In this document: positions 55,299-64,000 of the stretch, one piece after another
How the letters are laid out: the number at the start of each line of letters is the position of its first letter
Numbering within the stretch: the first letter of the stretch is position 1
Assembly (NCBI GenBank): GCA_963818745.1
Contig: CAWFTI010000001.1
Location: 156,422 to 220,421, forward strand
Length of the DNA stretch: 64,000 nucleotides
Direction of reading: 5' to 3'
Source: Thermoplasmatota archaeon
GTDB taxonomy: Archaea; Thermoplasmatota; Thermoplasmata; UBA10834
Program-made: the position numbers and the translations under genes
The notes under the pieces: generated by a model
Database searches by the model: none
The model's input: the letters and a program-made list of their open reading frames with translations, nothing else
Told to the model about the DNA's origin: nothing

Positions 55299-56091
55299 TT
55301 AATCCCCCTTGGGATGCACCGGGCACGCGGGGTCTAGAGATATCTCAATCTCCTCTGAGACGTTCCTCTGGCCGTCGTAGTAGAACACGTTCGAGAGCAT
55401 CATGTCGGCCTTCCCGGACACCTGCTTGAGCGCCTCCCTGACCATGACCGCTGACACTATGCTGGTCGTGGTTATCTCGGCGGCCAGTCTCGGCTCGTGG
55501 AACACGACGTCCTTGCCCGTGCAGCTGTACCTGAGGCCCGCGACCTTCGCGTGGGACTTGTTCATACCGCACTGGACGCACGCGCCGTCAGGCGGCCGAA
55601 CGACCGTCACCTTCCCAACGAACCCCTCCATGCCGCCGTCGATGTACACCCTGCCGGCGGCGTACGAATGGGAGTTGGAGTGGAGCCTCGCCAGTATGTT
55701 GTCGAGACAGCCGAGGACGATGTCGTGCTCCGCGAAGAATCCCTCGGGCTGGTCCTCGACCCTGCCCACGATGTGCTCGACGGTCGCGTCGGGGCTGATC
55801 CTCCGCATGCCCTCGGCCACGACCTCTGCCTTGGCCCGTCTCTCAGAGACATCCTCCTTGCAGAAGAAGAGGCAGCGGTTCAGGTTCGACCCGACCACGT
55901 GGTCCATGTCGACTATCGAAATCCTCCTGAAGCCGGAGAGCACGAGGTTCTTGCCGACCTCGTTCCCGAGGCGCCAGCGCCGACCATCAGCACCCGGACC
56001 TGGACACCGCGTCCATGTCGAGCCACTTGATGCGCCTGGACCGGTCGAACCTGTCGTCGTCGACCGCGCCCAACTTCAGCTGCTCCTCCAC
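55299..56091 (-). pseudogene. E1-like (ThiF/MoeB/UBA-type) adenylating enzyme, split over three frames
   Basis: GTG at 56091 starts VEEQLKLGAVDDDRFDRSRRIKWLDMDAV. A break at about 55996-55998 leads into RVLMVGAGA. A break at about 55970-55972 leads into LGNEVGKNLVLSGFRRISIVDMDHVVGSNLNRCLFF...CVQC...SCTGKD...ACPVH. Each break is explained by CCC read as CC on the coding strand. Confidence 0.8.
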
Positions 56092-56127
56092 GGGACGGTG
56101 AAGAGGGCTTGGGGAATAAAACCTTGA

Positions 56128-57249
56128 CTAGTCCCAGGCCAACCTTCCACCGGCCATGATCTGGGTCTCCTTCCCGGAGCCGCTGACCGCGACTATGGTG
56201 GGGCGCTTGACGATACCGTCCAGGTGTATCAGGGACTCCGCATCGCCGTCGTAGTTGCTCCCGACCGCGAAGTGGCATGTGCCGTAGACCTTCTCGTCCT
56301 CGAGCATGAGGGCGACTATCCTCGCCTTCCTGTTGAGGCCGATGCCGAGCTCCCCTATGCTGCTGGCGTTCTTCGCGTAGCTCTCCCCCACGGGTGGCTT
56401 GAGGAGCCCTTCGGAGACCATCTTCTTGGCCTTCGACTCGGCCATCGATATGGTCTTCTTGAGCGCAGCGGCCTCAGACCCTCCGGAGATGCGGGAGATG
56501 TATCCGTCCTTGACGTCGACCACGATCGGCTTCCTGATGACGACCTCACCCTCGTCGACGACGATCGACCCGTCGTAGGCGATCGTGCCGTTCGATGTGC
56601 CCAGAGCCGGGGATATGTAGACCTCACCCGAAGGCACGTTCCCCCCGCGCCCGCGTGCCCTGAAATCACCGTCGTCCGCGCGGGCCTTCCTCCCCTTCAC
56701 GCCCAGTGTGAAGTCGGTCCCTCCTGGGGCAGTCACGTGGATGCTGTCGCATGATGTGAGGATGGCGGAGAGCCTCTTGCAGTCCTTCCTCAGAAGCGTG
56801 TAGTCGATCGGGACGGTCCTGGAGAAGGTGTCACAAGTGACCCCTGGAGACCAGAAGGACCGCATCTTCTTCTCCTCGTACAGCTGGTCGAAGATGTGGT
56901 CGTACTTCCTCTTCTTGCCCTTGTAACCGTGCTTGAGGCCCCATTTGTCCTTGCCCAACCGGTTGGAGCTGATGGACAGCACGATATCCGGCTCCGAAGC
57001 GATGGCCTTGACGACCTCCTCCTCGGCGAAATCGAAATGTCCCTTCTCGACCTGGTACATCAGCACGGGCTTCGCCCCGGCCTTCAGGGCGGCATCGTAC
57101 AGGGCCATGGAGATCATCCTGACCTCACGGTTCGGGTTCGAGATGATCAGCACCCGCTCGTCCTTCTTCACGGCGAGAACATCCTTCATCGAAGCTTCTG
57201 CGCCCTTCACGAGCGACCTGTCATATCCACGACCGTCGGAGAAATCCAT
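56128..57249 (-). CDS. M29-family (aminopeptidase T-like) metallopeptidase
   Basis: ERVLIISNPNREV..MALYDAALKAGAKPVLM, GNVPSGEVYISP, IGELGIGLN, and HFAVGSNY resemble COG2309-type aminopeptidases. I chose the start at MDFSDGRGYD (57249). Confidence 0.55.
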   Translation of the reverse strand: MDFSDGRGYDRSLVKGAEASMKDVLAVKKDERVLIISNPNREVRMISMALYDAALKAGAKPVLMYQVEKGHFDFAEEEVVKAIASEPDIVLSISSNRLGKDKWGLKHGYKGKKRKYDHIFDQLYEEKKMRSFWSPGVTCDTFSRTVPIDYTLLRKDCKRLSAILTSCDSIHVTAPGGTDFTLGVKGRKARADDGDFRARGRGGNVPSGEVYISPALGTSNGTIAYDGSIVVDEGEVVIRKPIVVDVKDGYISRISGGSEAAALKKTISMAESKAKKMVSEGLLKPPVGESYAKNASSIGELGIGLNRKARIVALMLEDEKVYGTCHFAVGSNYDGDAESLIHLDGIVKRPTIVAVSGSGKETQIMAGGRLAWD

Positions 57250-58843
57250 GACCGAGCACCTGCCAGGAATTGCGCGTAGGGCATGATAAGCCTTGGGCAC
57301 CGACGCCGGGCGGAATGGGACGGCACGGAGGACATGCCGACCGCGCGCAGGCATCTGACCATGAACCGACCGGGGTCACTCGAACCTGTCGAGGTAGGCC
57401 GTCGGAACAGTCTTCTTGATGCGTCATCTCGTCGTACTTCCTGAGGAGGTCCTTGATCCCCTGCCTCACGCCCTTCTCGAGCTGGACCGGCCTGTGGGAC
57501 TCGAGTATGCGCTTCGCCTCCTTCCTCGCCGCGAGGACGATCGGCTCCTCGCGAGCGTCCGGGGCGGACGCCTGCATGGCGATCCTGGGCATGAGGCTCT
57601 CCGACCTGAAGAACTTGAGAGTGTGCGGGTCCTTCATGAAGTAGCCTCCGGGGCCGACCCTCGCGATTGCGTCGAAGCCCATGGTGGCCTCGGATACATT
57701 GATGCCTCTCCAGGCGCGCATGATGTTCCGCCAGAGCTCGCAGTCGAGCACGACCTGCTCCACTGATTCGCATCCGGACCTGTCGAACCCACCTATGCCG
57801 ACGATCTGGTCCGCGCCCGCGAGCGCGGGCAACAGGCCGCTGATGGCCTTCTGGTAGCCGATCTCGTATCCTGGTCTGCAGCCAGAGGCGGCGACGCCGC
57901 CGACCTGCGCTGGGAGACGGTACCTTCGGGCCATCTGGCACCCGGCGGCGTTGATGAGCGCGCCCTCTGTCGAACCGGACAGGAACACCCCGGTCCTCAT
58001 GTCCATCGGTCCGGATTCTGAGCTGTACAGTACGGGCGCTCCGGGCGCGGCCGTTTCCGAGATGACCGTGCCTGCGAGCACCTCCGCGTTGACGACAGTG
58101 ATCGTGCCCGCGAGCGTGACGGGGGCTACGGACCCGCAGATCGCCATGGAGAGATGGACGACTGGCAACCCGGCACGGGCGAACTCGATGACCGCATCGA
58201 CGTCACCCTCCTCGTACCTCAGGGGCGTGATGGGCGTGTGAGTGATCGATATGATCGGCCTCTTCTTGAGCTCCTTCTCGGAGCCGACGATCATCGCTGC
58301 GGCCTCTATCTGGAACCTGGCGTCCTCGACGCAGCCCGCCCCGTGCTGCACGTGCTTGCCGGTGTAGAACACGGATGCGGCGAACTCGTGGTTGTTCGAG
58401 ACGTCAGGAGGCAGGTCCGTTGCGACGACCTCCGGCCAGTACAGGTCCACCTCGGGCATCGCGTCGCACACGAGAGTAAGGTCCACGAGGTCCGCGACGG
58501 TCGATTTCCTCTTCTTCTGGGTGTCGATGTCCCAGACATCGGTCGGCTGGCCGTCGTTGACGCCGTATACTCTGTCCTCCGCCGGGAGCTTCATGTCGCG
58601 GGCTTTGTCCCTCGCGGCCATGACGAACTCCTTCGGGGCCTTCGCCAGAGATTCCCTGACGAGGGATTCCGGGAGCTTGACTATCTGCGTCTTCTCGTCG
58701 ACGGACGCCCCCGCATCCTTCAGCATCTTGAGGGCCTTCAGGCTCGTGACCTTGATGCCTATCGTCTCGAGTATCCTGATGGATTCGACGTGCACTAGGT
58801 CTTCCTGCTCACGGGTCAGCGGGTTGAGGACGGCTCTTGCCAA
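57221..58843 (-). CDS. MttB-superfamily methyltransferase (no in-frame UAG); the C-terminus is probably frame-shifted
   Basis: REQEDLVHVESIRILETIGIKV, ITHTPITPLRYEEG, LPVVHLSMAICGSVAPVTLAGT, DMRTG, KDPHTLKFFRSE. After ...LLRKYDEMT the ORF runs about 65 aa into Cys/Pro/Arg-rich sequence. Dropping one base near 57418-57424 gives IKKTVPTAYLDRFE-stop at 57376, which is a typical family length. Confidence 0.8.
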   Translation of the reverse strand: MARAVLNPLTREQEDLVHVESIRILETIGIKVTSLKALKMLKDAGASVDEKTQIVKLPESLVRESLAKAPKEFVMAARDKARDMKLPAEDRVYGVNDGQPTDVWDIDTQKKRKSTVADLVDLTLVCDAMPEVDLYWPEVVATDLPPDVSNNHEFAASVFYTGKHVQHGAGCVEDARFQIEAAAMIVGSEKELKKRPIISITHTPITPLRYEEGDVDAVIEFARAGLPVVHLSMAICGSVAPVTLAGTITVVNAEVLAGTVISETAAPGAPVLYSSESGPMDMRTGVFLSGSTEGALINAAGCQMARRYRLPAQVGGVAASGCRPGYEIGYQKAISGLLPALAGADQIVGIGGFDRSGCESVEQVVLDCELWRNIMRAWRGINVSEATMGFDAIARVGPGGYFMKDPHTLKFFRSESLMPRIAMQASAPDAREEPIVLAARKEAKRILESHRPVQLEKGVRQGIKDLLRKYDEMTHQEDCSDGLPRQVRVTPVGSWSDACARSACPPCRPIPPGVGAQGLSCPTRNSWQVLGHGFLRRSWI

Positions 58844-58937
58844 TCTGTCACTCCTAGACCGGGGGAGACGTTACGCGTATAAAAACCGAGGGCAACGGCC
58901 GGGCCGTTGACATGATAAACCCTTCGGACGGAGGGGG

Positions 58938-59438
58938 TCACGCCTTCTTCCTGCGTCCGAAGTTCTCCACCGCCTTCTCCTCTATCCTGCGGGCGCGCCT
59001 GCGCATGGCCTCCTTGTTCCTCCGGTGGTCCTCCTCGGACTCGAGAACGAGCACGGGAACCTCCCTGGGCTTCCCTCCCGCATCGAGCGCGACCACCGTC
59101 AGGTAGGACGACCCCGTGTGCCTCTTGACCCCTGTCATCGGGTCCTCCGCCTCGACCCTGACGCCGACCTCCATCGACGTGCGCCATACGGCGTTCACAT
59201 TGGCCTTGAGCGTGAGCAGGTCGCCCACGTGAACAGGTGACAGGAAGTCCATCTTGTCCACGGAGGCCGTCACGATGTTGGCCCGCGCGTGCCTCGTCGC
59301 GGAAACGTAGGCCGTCTCGTCGACCGTCTTCATGATCGTGCCTCCGAACACGTTCCCCGCGATGTTCGCGTCCTGGGGCATCATGACCCTGGCCACGACC
59401 GTCTTCGACTCCGAGACCTTTCTCCTGCCTCTGCCCAT
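58938..59438 (-). CDS. Acyl-CoA thioesterase (hotdog fold)
   Basis: VMMPQDANIAGNVFGGTIMKTVDETAYVSATRHA, and VDKMDFLSPVHVGDLLTLKANV. Confidence 0.82.
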   Translation of the reverse strand: MGRGRRKVSESKTVVARVMMPQDANIAGNVFGGTIMKTVDETAYVSATRHARANIVTASVDKMDFLSPVHVGDLLTLKANVNAVWRTSMEVGVRVEAEDPMTGVKRHTGSSYLTVVALDAGGKPREVPVLVLESEEDHRRNKEAMRRRARRIEEKAVENFGRRKKA

Positions 59439-59464
59439 GGGTTCGCCAACTCCCTCCGCCTATA

Positions 59465-60446
59465 TCAGGGGTTCGGGGGAGCTGGAGGGGACTGCTGAGG
59501 GGGTGACAGTGGGGGCATCTCGGGCATCGGCTGCAACGGAGGCGGAGCCTGCGACGGCCCGGACCTCCTTTTCATGACCAGCAACAGCACGACGAGGACA
59601 AGGACCGCAAGGGCGATTCCAACGCCAGCGAACACGAGTATCACCGTCGAGAGACCTCCGGTGTCGTGCGAGTACTCGTTCATCTCGAAGGTGGTGTAGG
59701 GTTCGCTAGAGTCCTCGGAGTACAATTCAATCTTCACAGCGTCGCCCGCCACCTCAGAGTACCATCGGACTTCCCGACCTCCGTCCTCGTCGGTCACCGT
59801 GAACTTCAGAGTGTCGAAGGTCCCCGCTGGGACTGTCACGCTCTCCCTGGCGGAGGCAATCGAGTATTGGTAGGTCAGCACTTCCGTGCCCGACTCGTTC
59901 AGTACCTCGTCCGTGTACACGGTTGTGACCTCGGTCACGGTCTCCTCCCAGGAATCACCAGGGCCATCTTCTGTCGGATCGAGTTCGGCACCCATCGGAG
60001 GCGAGTAGGTTGTGGTCGCTTCCGTCTCCTCCTGGGTGACTATTTGGAACGGATCCAATCCCCAGGTCACGTTAACATCCATCGTCACGTCTTCCTTGAC
60101 GGTGCCGTATCCATCCCTCGTCTCGTAGATCGTGCCGACAATCGACCCGAGGACCACCCAAGGCGAGCCGAGGATATCCACGCTCCCCGAGAAATCAGAA
60201 ATCATTTTGAGGACGCTGACCTCGTAGGAGGTGCCGTTCACAGTTGATGTCATCGTAGCCCTCGAAGGATATCGTCATCTCGCCCGAGACGTCCACTCCC
60301 TTGATGTTCGTGGCCATGTCATAGGTCCAGAATTCACCTTCCGATCTATCCATGGCGGCTACGGGGGCCGACGTCCCTACGAGGAACGCCGCCATAGTGA
60401 GCAGGCACCCGAACACGATTCTGCGTGATCTCATCATCGTCTCCAC
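59465..60446 (-). pseudogene. Membrane-anchored secreted protein with a Pro-rich cytoplasmic tail and one frame break
   Basis: The signal peptide part (METMMRSRRIVFGCLLTMAAFLVGTSAPVAA...ISFEGYDD) changes frame at about 60244-60254. It continues as STVNGTSYEVSVLKM...TM(VILVFAGVGIALAVLVLVVLLLV)...PPPLQPMPEMPPLSPPQQSPPAPPNP. Confidence 0.6.
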
Positions 60447-60679
60447 AATCAGGTCCTGTATGACCGACCCTCGGAGGAGAATCTGGCGTCATATACCTTT
60501 CCCAGGGCAGGATTGGCAACCGGCAGTACGGAACACTGGCCTTGCGTCCGTTAATATTTATTCCAAATGCAAAAAGTATAAAGCAGGGCATTCGAATCCG
60601 CCAGAACAAGCCGAGGGCACGATGGGCCCGAGGCCCATACTTTCCAAACGAGGTGAACATCGTGCCGGAAGGACTCTCG

Positions 60680-60886
60680 ATGTATGCGGAGAAGGTCTAC
60701 AACGCCATGAAGAGCTCAGAGATAGACAGCGAGGAGAAGATGGCCAACGCTGAGAAGATCGTGAGCCTCACGAAGGCCCCGAAGAACTTCGTGCTGAGGG
60801 CTCTGGATGAGCTGCAGTCGAAGGGCCTGGTGAAGCGCAAGGCCAGAGAAAAAGCGGCCGGTTACTACCTCACTCTGAAGCCTTAG
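60680..60886 (+). CDS. Small winged-helix DNA-binding protein
   Basis: 68 aa starting from ATG 60680. IVSLTKAPKNFVLRALDELQSKGLVKRKAREKAAGYYLT looks like a wHTH recognition helix plus wing. The longer N-terminus in the ORF track looks non-coding. Confidence 0.5.
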   Translation: MYAEKVYNAMKSSEIDSEEKMANAEKIVSLTKAPKNFVLRALDELQSKGLVKRKAREKAAGYYLTLKP

Positions 60887-61002
60887 TCGGACCGTCCCGT
60901 TCGCCTGCCACTGGTGGATTCCAGGGCGTATTCCACATGCCACTCCCAGTCCGCAGAAGAAAGAATATAATGTCAGACACTCTAACCGGAGCTAGTGCCT
61001 AG

Positions 61003-62121
61003 ATGAACCAGGAGTTCGAGGTCACCCCGTACGTCGTCAAGGGTGAGGTGGACTATGATGTCCTGATCGACAAGTTCGGGACCAAGAAGATCGACGACGC
61101 GCTCCGAGCGAGGATCGCCAAGCACGGGCCGCTCCACCACATGCTCAGGAGGCAGGTGTTCTACTCCCACAGGGACTTCGACTGGATCCTCGACCAGCAC
61201 GAGAATGGGCACGGGTTCTCGCTGTACACGGGCAGGGGACCGTCCGGGCCGATACACCTCGGTCATCTCATGCCCTGGATCTTCACCAAGTACCTCCAGG
61301 ACGTCTTCAAGGCGAAGCTGTGGTTCCAGCTCACGGATGATGAGAAGTTCCTGTACTACGACCACCTCACGCTCGAGGAGACCACGAAGTGGGGATACGA
61401 GAACGCCCTCGACATCATCGCGCTGGGGTTCGACCCGAAGCTCACGAAGCTCTTCCTGGACACTGAGTACATCAAGACGATGTACCCGACCGCGGTCAAG
61501 GCCGCGAAGAAGATCAACTTCTCGACCATCAGGGCGGTCTTCGGGTTCGACAACTCGAACAACATCGGCAGCATATTCTTCACGAGCATCCAGACGGTGC
61601 CGTGCTTCCTGGAGTCGATGGAGCAGAAGAGGAAGGTGGCGTGCCTCATTCCCTGCGGGATAGACCAGGACCCGCACTTCAGGATCACCAGGGACATAGC
61701 CGAGGGGCTAGGATACTACAAGCCCGCGCTCATACACTCGAAGCTGATGCCGTCCCTCGCGGGCTCCGAGAAGATGTCCACATCCGCCAAGGCCGACACG
61801 ACGATATTCACCATCGACGACAAGAAGACGGTCAAGAAGAAGGTCATGAACGCCTTCACCGGCGGGATGGTCTCGGTCGAGGAGCAGAGGAAGAACGGAG
61901 GGAACCCTGATGTCTGCTCCGTGCACGCGTACCAGACCTACCTGTTCGAACCCGACGACGAGAAGCTGGCCAAGCTGTACGCCGACTGCAGGTCGGGCAA
62001 GATGCTCTGCGGGGAGTGCAAGGGAATATTGTTCGAGAAGGTCTGGAAGTTCCTCGAGGAGCACCAGAGGAAGAGGGAGAGGGCGAAGGACAGGCTAGGG
62101 GAGTTCTTCGTCAGGGACTGA
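61003..62121 (+). CDS. trpS: Tryptophanyl-tRNA synthetase (archaeal/eukaryotic type)
   Basis: LYTGRGPSGPIHLGHLMPWIFTKYLQDVF, QLTDDEKFL, KMSTS, and a C-terminal CGECK region. Confidence 0.9.
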   Translation: MNQEFEVTPYVVKGEVDYDVLIDKFGTKKIDDALRARIAKHGPLHHMLRRQVFYSHRDFDWILDQHENGHGFSLYTGRGPSGPIHLGHLMPWIFTKYLQDVFKAKLWFQLTDDEKFLYYDHLTLEETTKWGYENALDIIALGFDPKLTKLFLDTEYIKTMYPTAVKAAKKINFSTIRAVFGFDNSNNIGSIFFTSIQTVPCFLESMEQKRKVACLIPCGIDQDPHFRITRDIAEGLGYYKPALIHSKLMPSLAGSEKMSTSAKADTTIFTIDDKKTVKKKVMNAFTGGMVSVEEQRKNGGNPDVCSVHAYQTYLFEPDDEKLAKLYADCRSGKMLCGECKGILFEKVWKFLEEHQRKRERAKDRLGEFFVRD

Positions 62122-62182
62122 ACCATACTCCCGAAACATCATTATCGTACCAGACATCTTCTCTCCACAGAGCTCGATCGAC

Positions 62183-62566
62183 TTGAAACTGAAACCGATA
62201 GCCACGGTCACGAACGGGGTGCAGGAGCGCGTCGACGACTGGGACCAGATCAGGTCGAAGCTGGTCTTCCGGGAGGAGTACGTCGAGGGGCTGTACCGCC
62301 TCGGGCATTTCAAGCACGTGTGGGTCATATTCGGGTTCCACAGACAGCGCGGATGGGTGCCGAAGGTGCACCCGCGCCATGACCCTTCGCTCCCGCTCGT
62401 GGGCGTTTTCGCCACGCGCTCCCCCACGAGGCCGAACAGGCTCGGGCTCACCCTGGTCGAACTAGTGAGCATCAGGGGGAACGTGGTCACGGTCAAAGGC
62501 CTGGACGCGTTCGACGGCAGCCCGGTCTACGACATCAAGCCATACGAGGAAGAGATCGACTACTGA
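62183..62566 (+). CDS. trmO: TrmO/TsaA-family tRNA methyltransferase (UPF0066)
   Basis: FKHVWVIFGFH, GVFATRSPTRPNRLGLTLVELVSIRGNVVTVKGLDAFDGSPVYDIKPY. TTG start. Confidence 0.82.
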   Translation: MKLKPIATVTNGVQERVDDWDQIRSKLVFREEYVEGLYRLGHFKHVWVIFGFHRQRGWVPKVHPRHDPSLPLVGVFATRSPTRPNRLGLTLVELVSIRGNVVTVKGLDAFDGSPVYDIKPYEEEIDY

Positions 62567-62622
62567 ACCACGACTGGACGGCTGGAAAAGTAGATAAGTC
62601 ACACGTCCGATGAACCTGCGAC

Positions 62623-64000
62623 ATGTCGGACAGCGATGTCGTCGACCAGCTGAACTTCTTCGAGAAGAAGGTGCTCAAGGCGCTCCATGAACTGAAGCGT
62701 GCGAGCCCCGAGCAGATACTCGAAAGGAGCGGCCTCGGACAGCTCGTGGAGGTCATGAACGCCTCCTCTTGGCTGCAGGCCAAGGGGCTGGTCAAGATAG
62801 ACGAGAAGATCGCGAAGAGCTACACCCTCAAGCGCGCGGACGCGGCCACGAAGCCATTGCCGGAGAAGGTCGCGCTGGAGGTCATCCTCAAGGGACATAG
62901 CGGCAGGTGCTCGCTGGCGGACCTCAAGAACAGCGGGAAGCTCAAGGGCGAGGAGGTCCAGATAGCGATCGGCTGGATCAAGAAGAAGGGCTGGGGAGAG
63001 CTGTCCAAGACGGGCCAGGAAACATTCATCACCATCACGGACAAGGGCCAACAGGCCCTGCACGAGAAGGGCGAGGACGAGCATCTGCTCGAGAGGCTCG
63101 CCAAGGGAGAGTTGTCGGAGACCGACGCGAAGAAGGAGGTCATCGACATGCTCATGCAGCGCAAGGACCTCCTGAACGAGAAGCACGTCACGAACAGGAC
63201 CGTCTCGCTCACGGACAGGGGCGCGGCGATAGCGGCGCTCGACCTAAAGATCAAGGAGGAGGTCGCGCAGCTCACGCCGGAGCTGATACAGTCCGGCAAG
63301 TGGCGCGAAGTGGAGGTCAGGAAGTACGATGTCAAGGCGTTCGCACCGACCGTCTACGGCGGCAGACGCCATCCGATGACCATCCTGATCGAGAAGGTGA
63401 GGAACACGTTCCTCACGATGGGGTTCACCGAGGTCTCCGGAGACTACGTCGAGAGCGCCTTCTGGAACATGGACGCGCTGTTCACCGCCCAGGACCACCC
63501 CGCGAGGGAGATGCACGACACGTTCTACATCGAGAACCCCGCGAGGATCGACCTCTCGAAGTACAAGGACCTCGTGGAGGCCGTGAAGCAGGTCCACGAG
63601 AACGGCGGAAAGACCGGCTCGCTGGGCTGGAGGTACAAGTGGCGCCTGGAGGAGGCCGAGCGGGCGCTCCTGAGGACGCACACGACCGTGAACACCGTGA
63701 GGTACATCTCCGAGCATCCGAAGCCGCCTTTCAAGGTCTTCGCGGTTGACCGGGTGTTCAGGAACGAGGCGATGGACTCGACCCACCTGCCGGAGTTCAC
63801 CCAGATAGAGGGCATCGTGTGCGAGAAGGGCGCGAACTTCGACATGCTCTGCGGGGTGCTCAAAGAGTTCTACAGGCGCATGGGCATCCCCGAGACGAGG
63901 ATCAGGCCCGGGTACTTCCCGTACACCGAGCCGTCCCTGGAGGTCGAGATACTCTGGGACGGCAGGTGGATGGAGCTCGGCGGAGCAGGGATATTCAGGC
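62623..64000 (+). CDS. pheS: Phenylalanyl-tRNA synthetase alpha subunit, 3' end outside the window
   Basis: ATG at 62623 with the frame open to the window end, which is why it is absent from the ORF track. N-terminal wHTH repeats, then HPMTILIEKVRNTFLTMGF, DHPAREMHDTFY, LLRTHTT, FRNEAMDSTHLPEFTQIEG (motif 2), GAGIFR (motif 3). Confidence 0.92.
   Translation, partial: MSDSDVVDQLNFFEKKVLKALHELKRASPEQILERSGLGQLVEVMNASSWLQAKGLVKIDEKIAKSYTLKRADAATKPLPEKVALEVILKGHSGRCSLADLKNSGKLKGEEVQIAIGWIKKKGWGELSKTGQETFITITDKGQQALHEKGEDEHLLERLAKGELSETDAKKEVIDMLMQRKDLLNEKHVTNRTVSLTDRGAAIAALDLKIKEEVAQLTPELIQSGKWREVEVRKYDVKAFAPTVYGGRRHPMTILIEKVRNTFLTMGFTEVSGDYVESAFWNMDALFTAQDHPAREMHDTFYIENPARIDLSKYKDLVEAVKQVHENGGKTGSLGWRYKWRLEEAERALLRTHTTVNTVRYISEHPKPPFKVFAVDRVFRNEAMDSTHLPEFTQIEGIVCEKGANFDMLCGVLKEFYRRMGIPETRIRPGYFPYTEPSLEVEILWDGRWMELGGAGIFR

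Noticed and set aside
60575-60610. A T-loop-like TTCGAATCC motif that suggested a tRNA
   Set aside because: The flanking bases cannot form a T-stem or an acceptor stem, and there is no D-arm or anticodon arm.
1-64000. Search for CRISPR arrays, transposases, integrases, prophage genes or long repeats
   Set aside because: None was seen. There are no repeat-spacer periodicity, no recombinase-like ORFs and no obvious compositional island.

Overview
GC-rich archaeal chromosomal DNA with tightly packed genes and no rRNA, CRISPR array, transposase or integrase. The gene content looks euryarchaeal and Thermoplasmata-like (inference): Hef, PAN, thermosome, MBF1, RpoL/RpoN, eL18-uL13-uS9, archease, an AGT-EndoV fusion and a bacterial-type grpE-dnaK-dnaJ operon. 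I call about 68 genes. These include five aminoacyl-tRNA synthetase genes (cysS, gltX, trpS and partial pheS are the recognisable ones here), a cysK-cysE-cysS cluster, two MttB-superfamily methyltransferases, TldD/PmbA, LarA with a CCG-type Fe-S protein, and one tRNA-Pro(GGG). The most interesting locus is a co-directional cluster on the minus strand at 53840-56091. It encodes an E1-like adenylating enzyme, a ubiquitin-like protein ending in GG, a UBC-fold E2 (HPN motif plus catalytic Cys) and a JAMM/MPN+ protease. This is a eukaryote-type ubiquitylation cassette with no visible RING E3. Other notable items are a 4xCBS protein fused to an HPF/RaiA-like domain, a Hef whose ERCC4 nuclease motif is degenerate, an AGT-EndoV fusion with PCRR in place of PCHR, and four convergent gene pairs that overlap at CTAG or CTATAG stop palindromes. 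Main caveat: about 10 conserved genes, including cysS, thiL and the E1, carry single-nucleotide frame breaks, about 13-14 in total. These are either consensus indel errors or real pseudogenisation, and the sequence alone cannot tell which. All calls come from reading the translated ORFs by eye; no database search was run.
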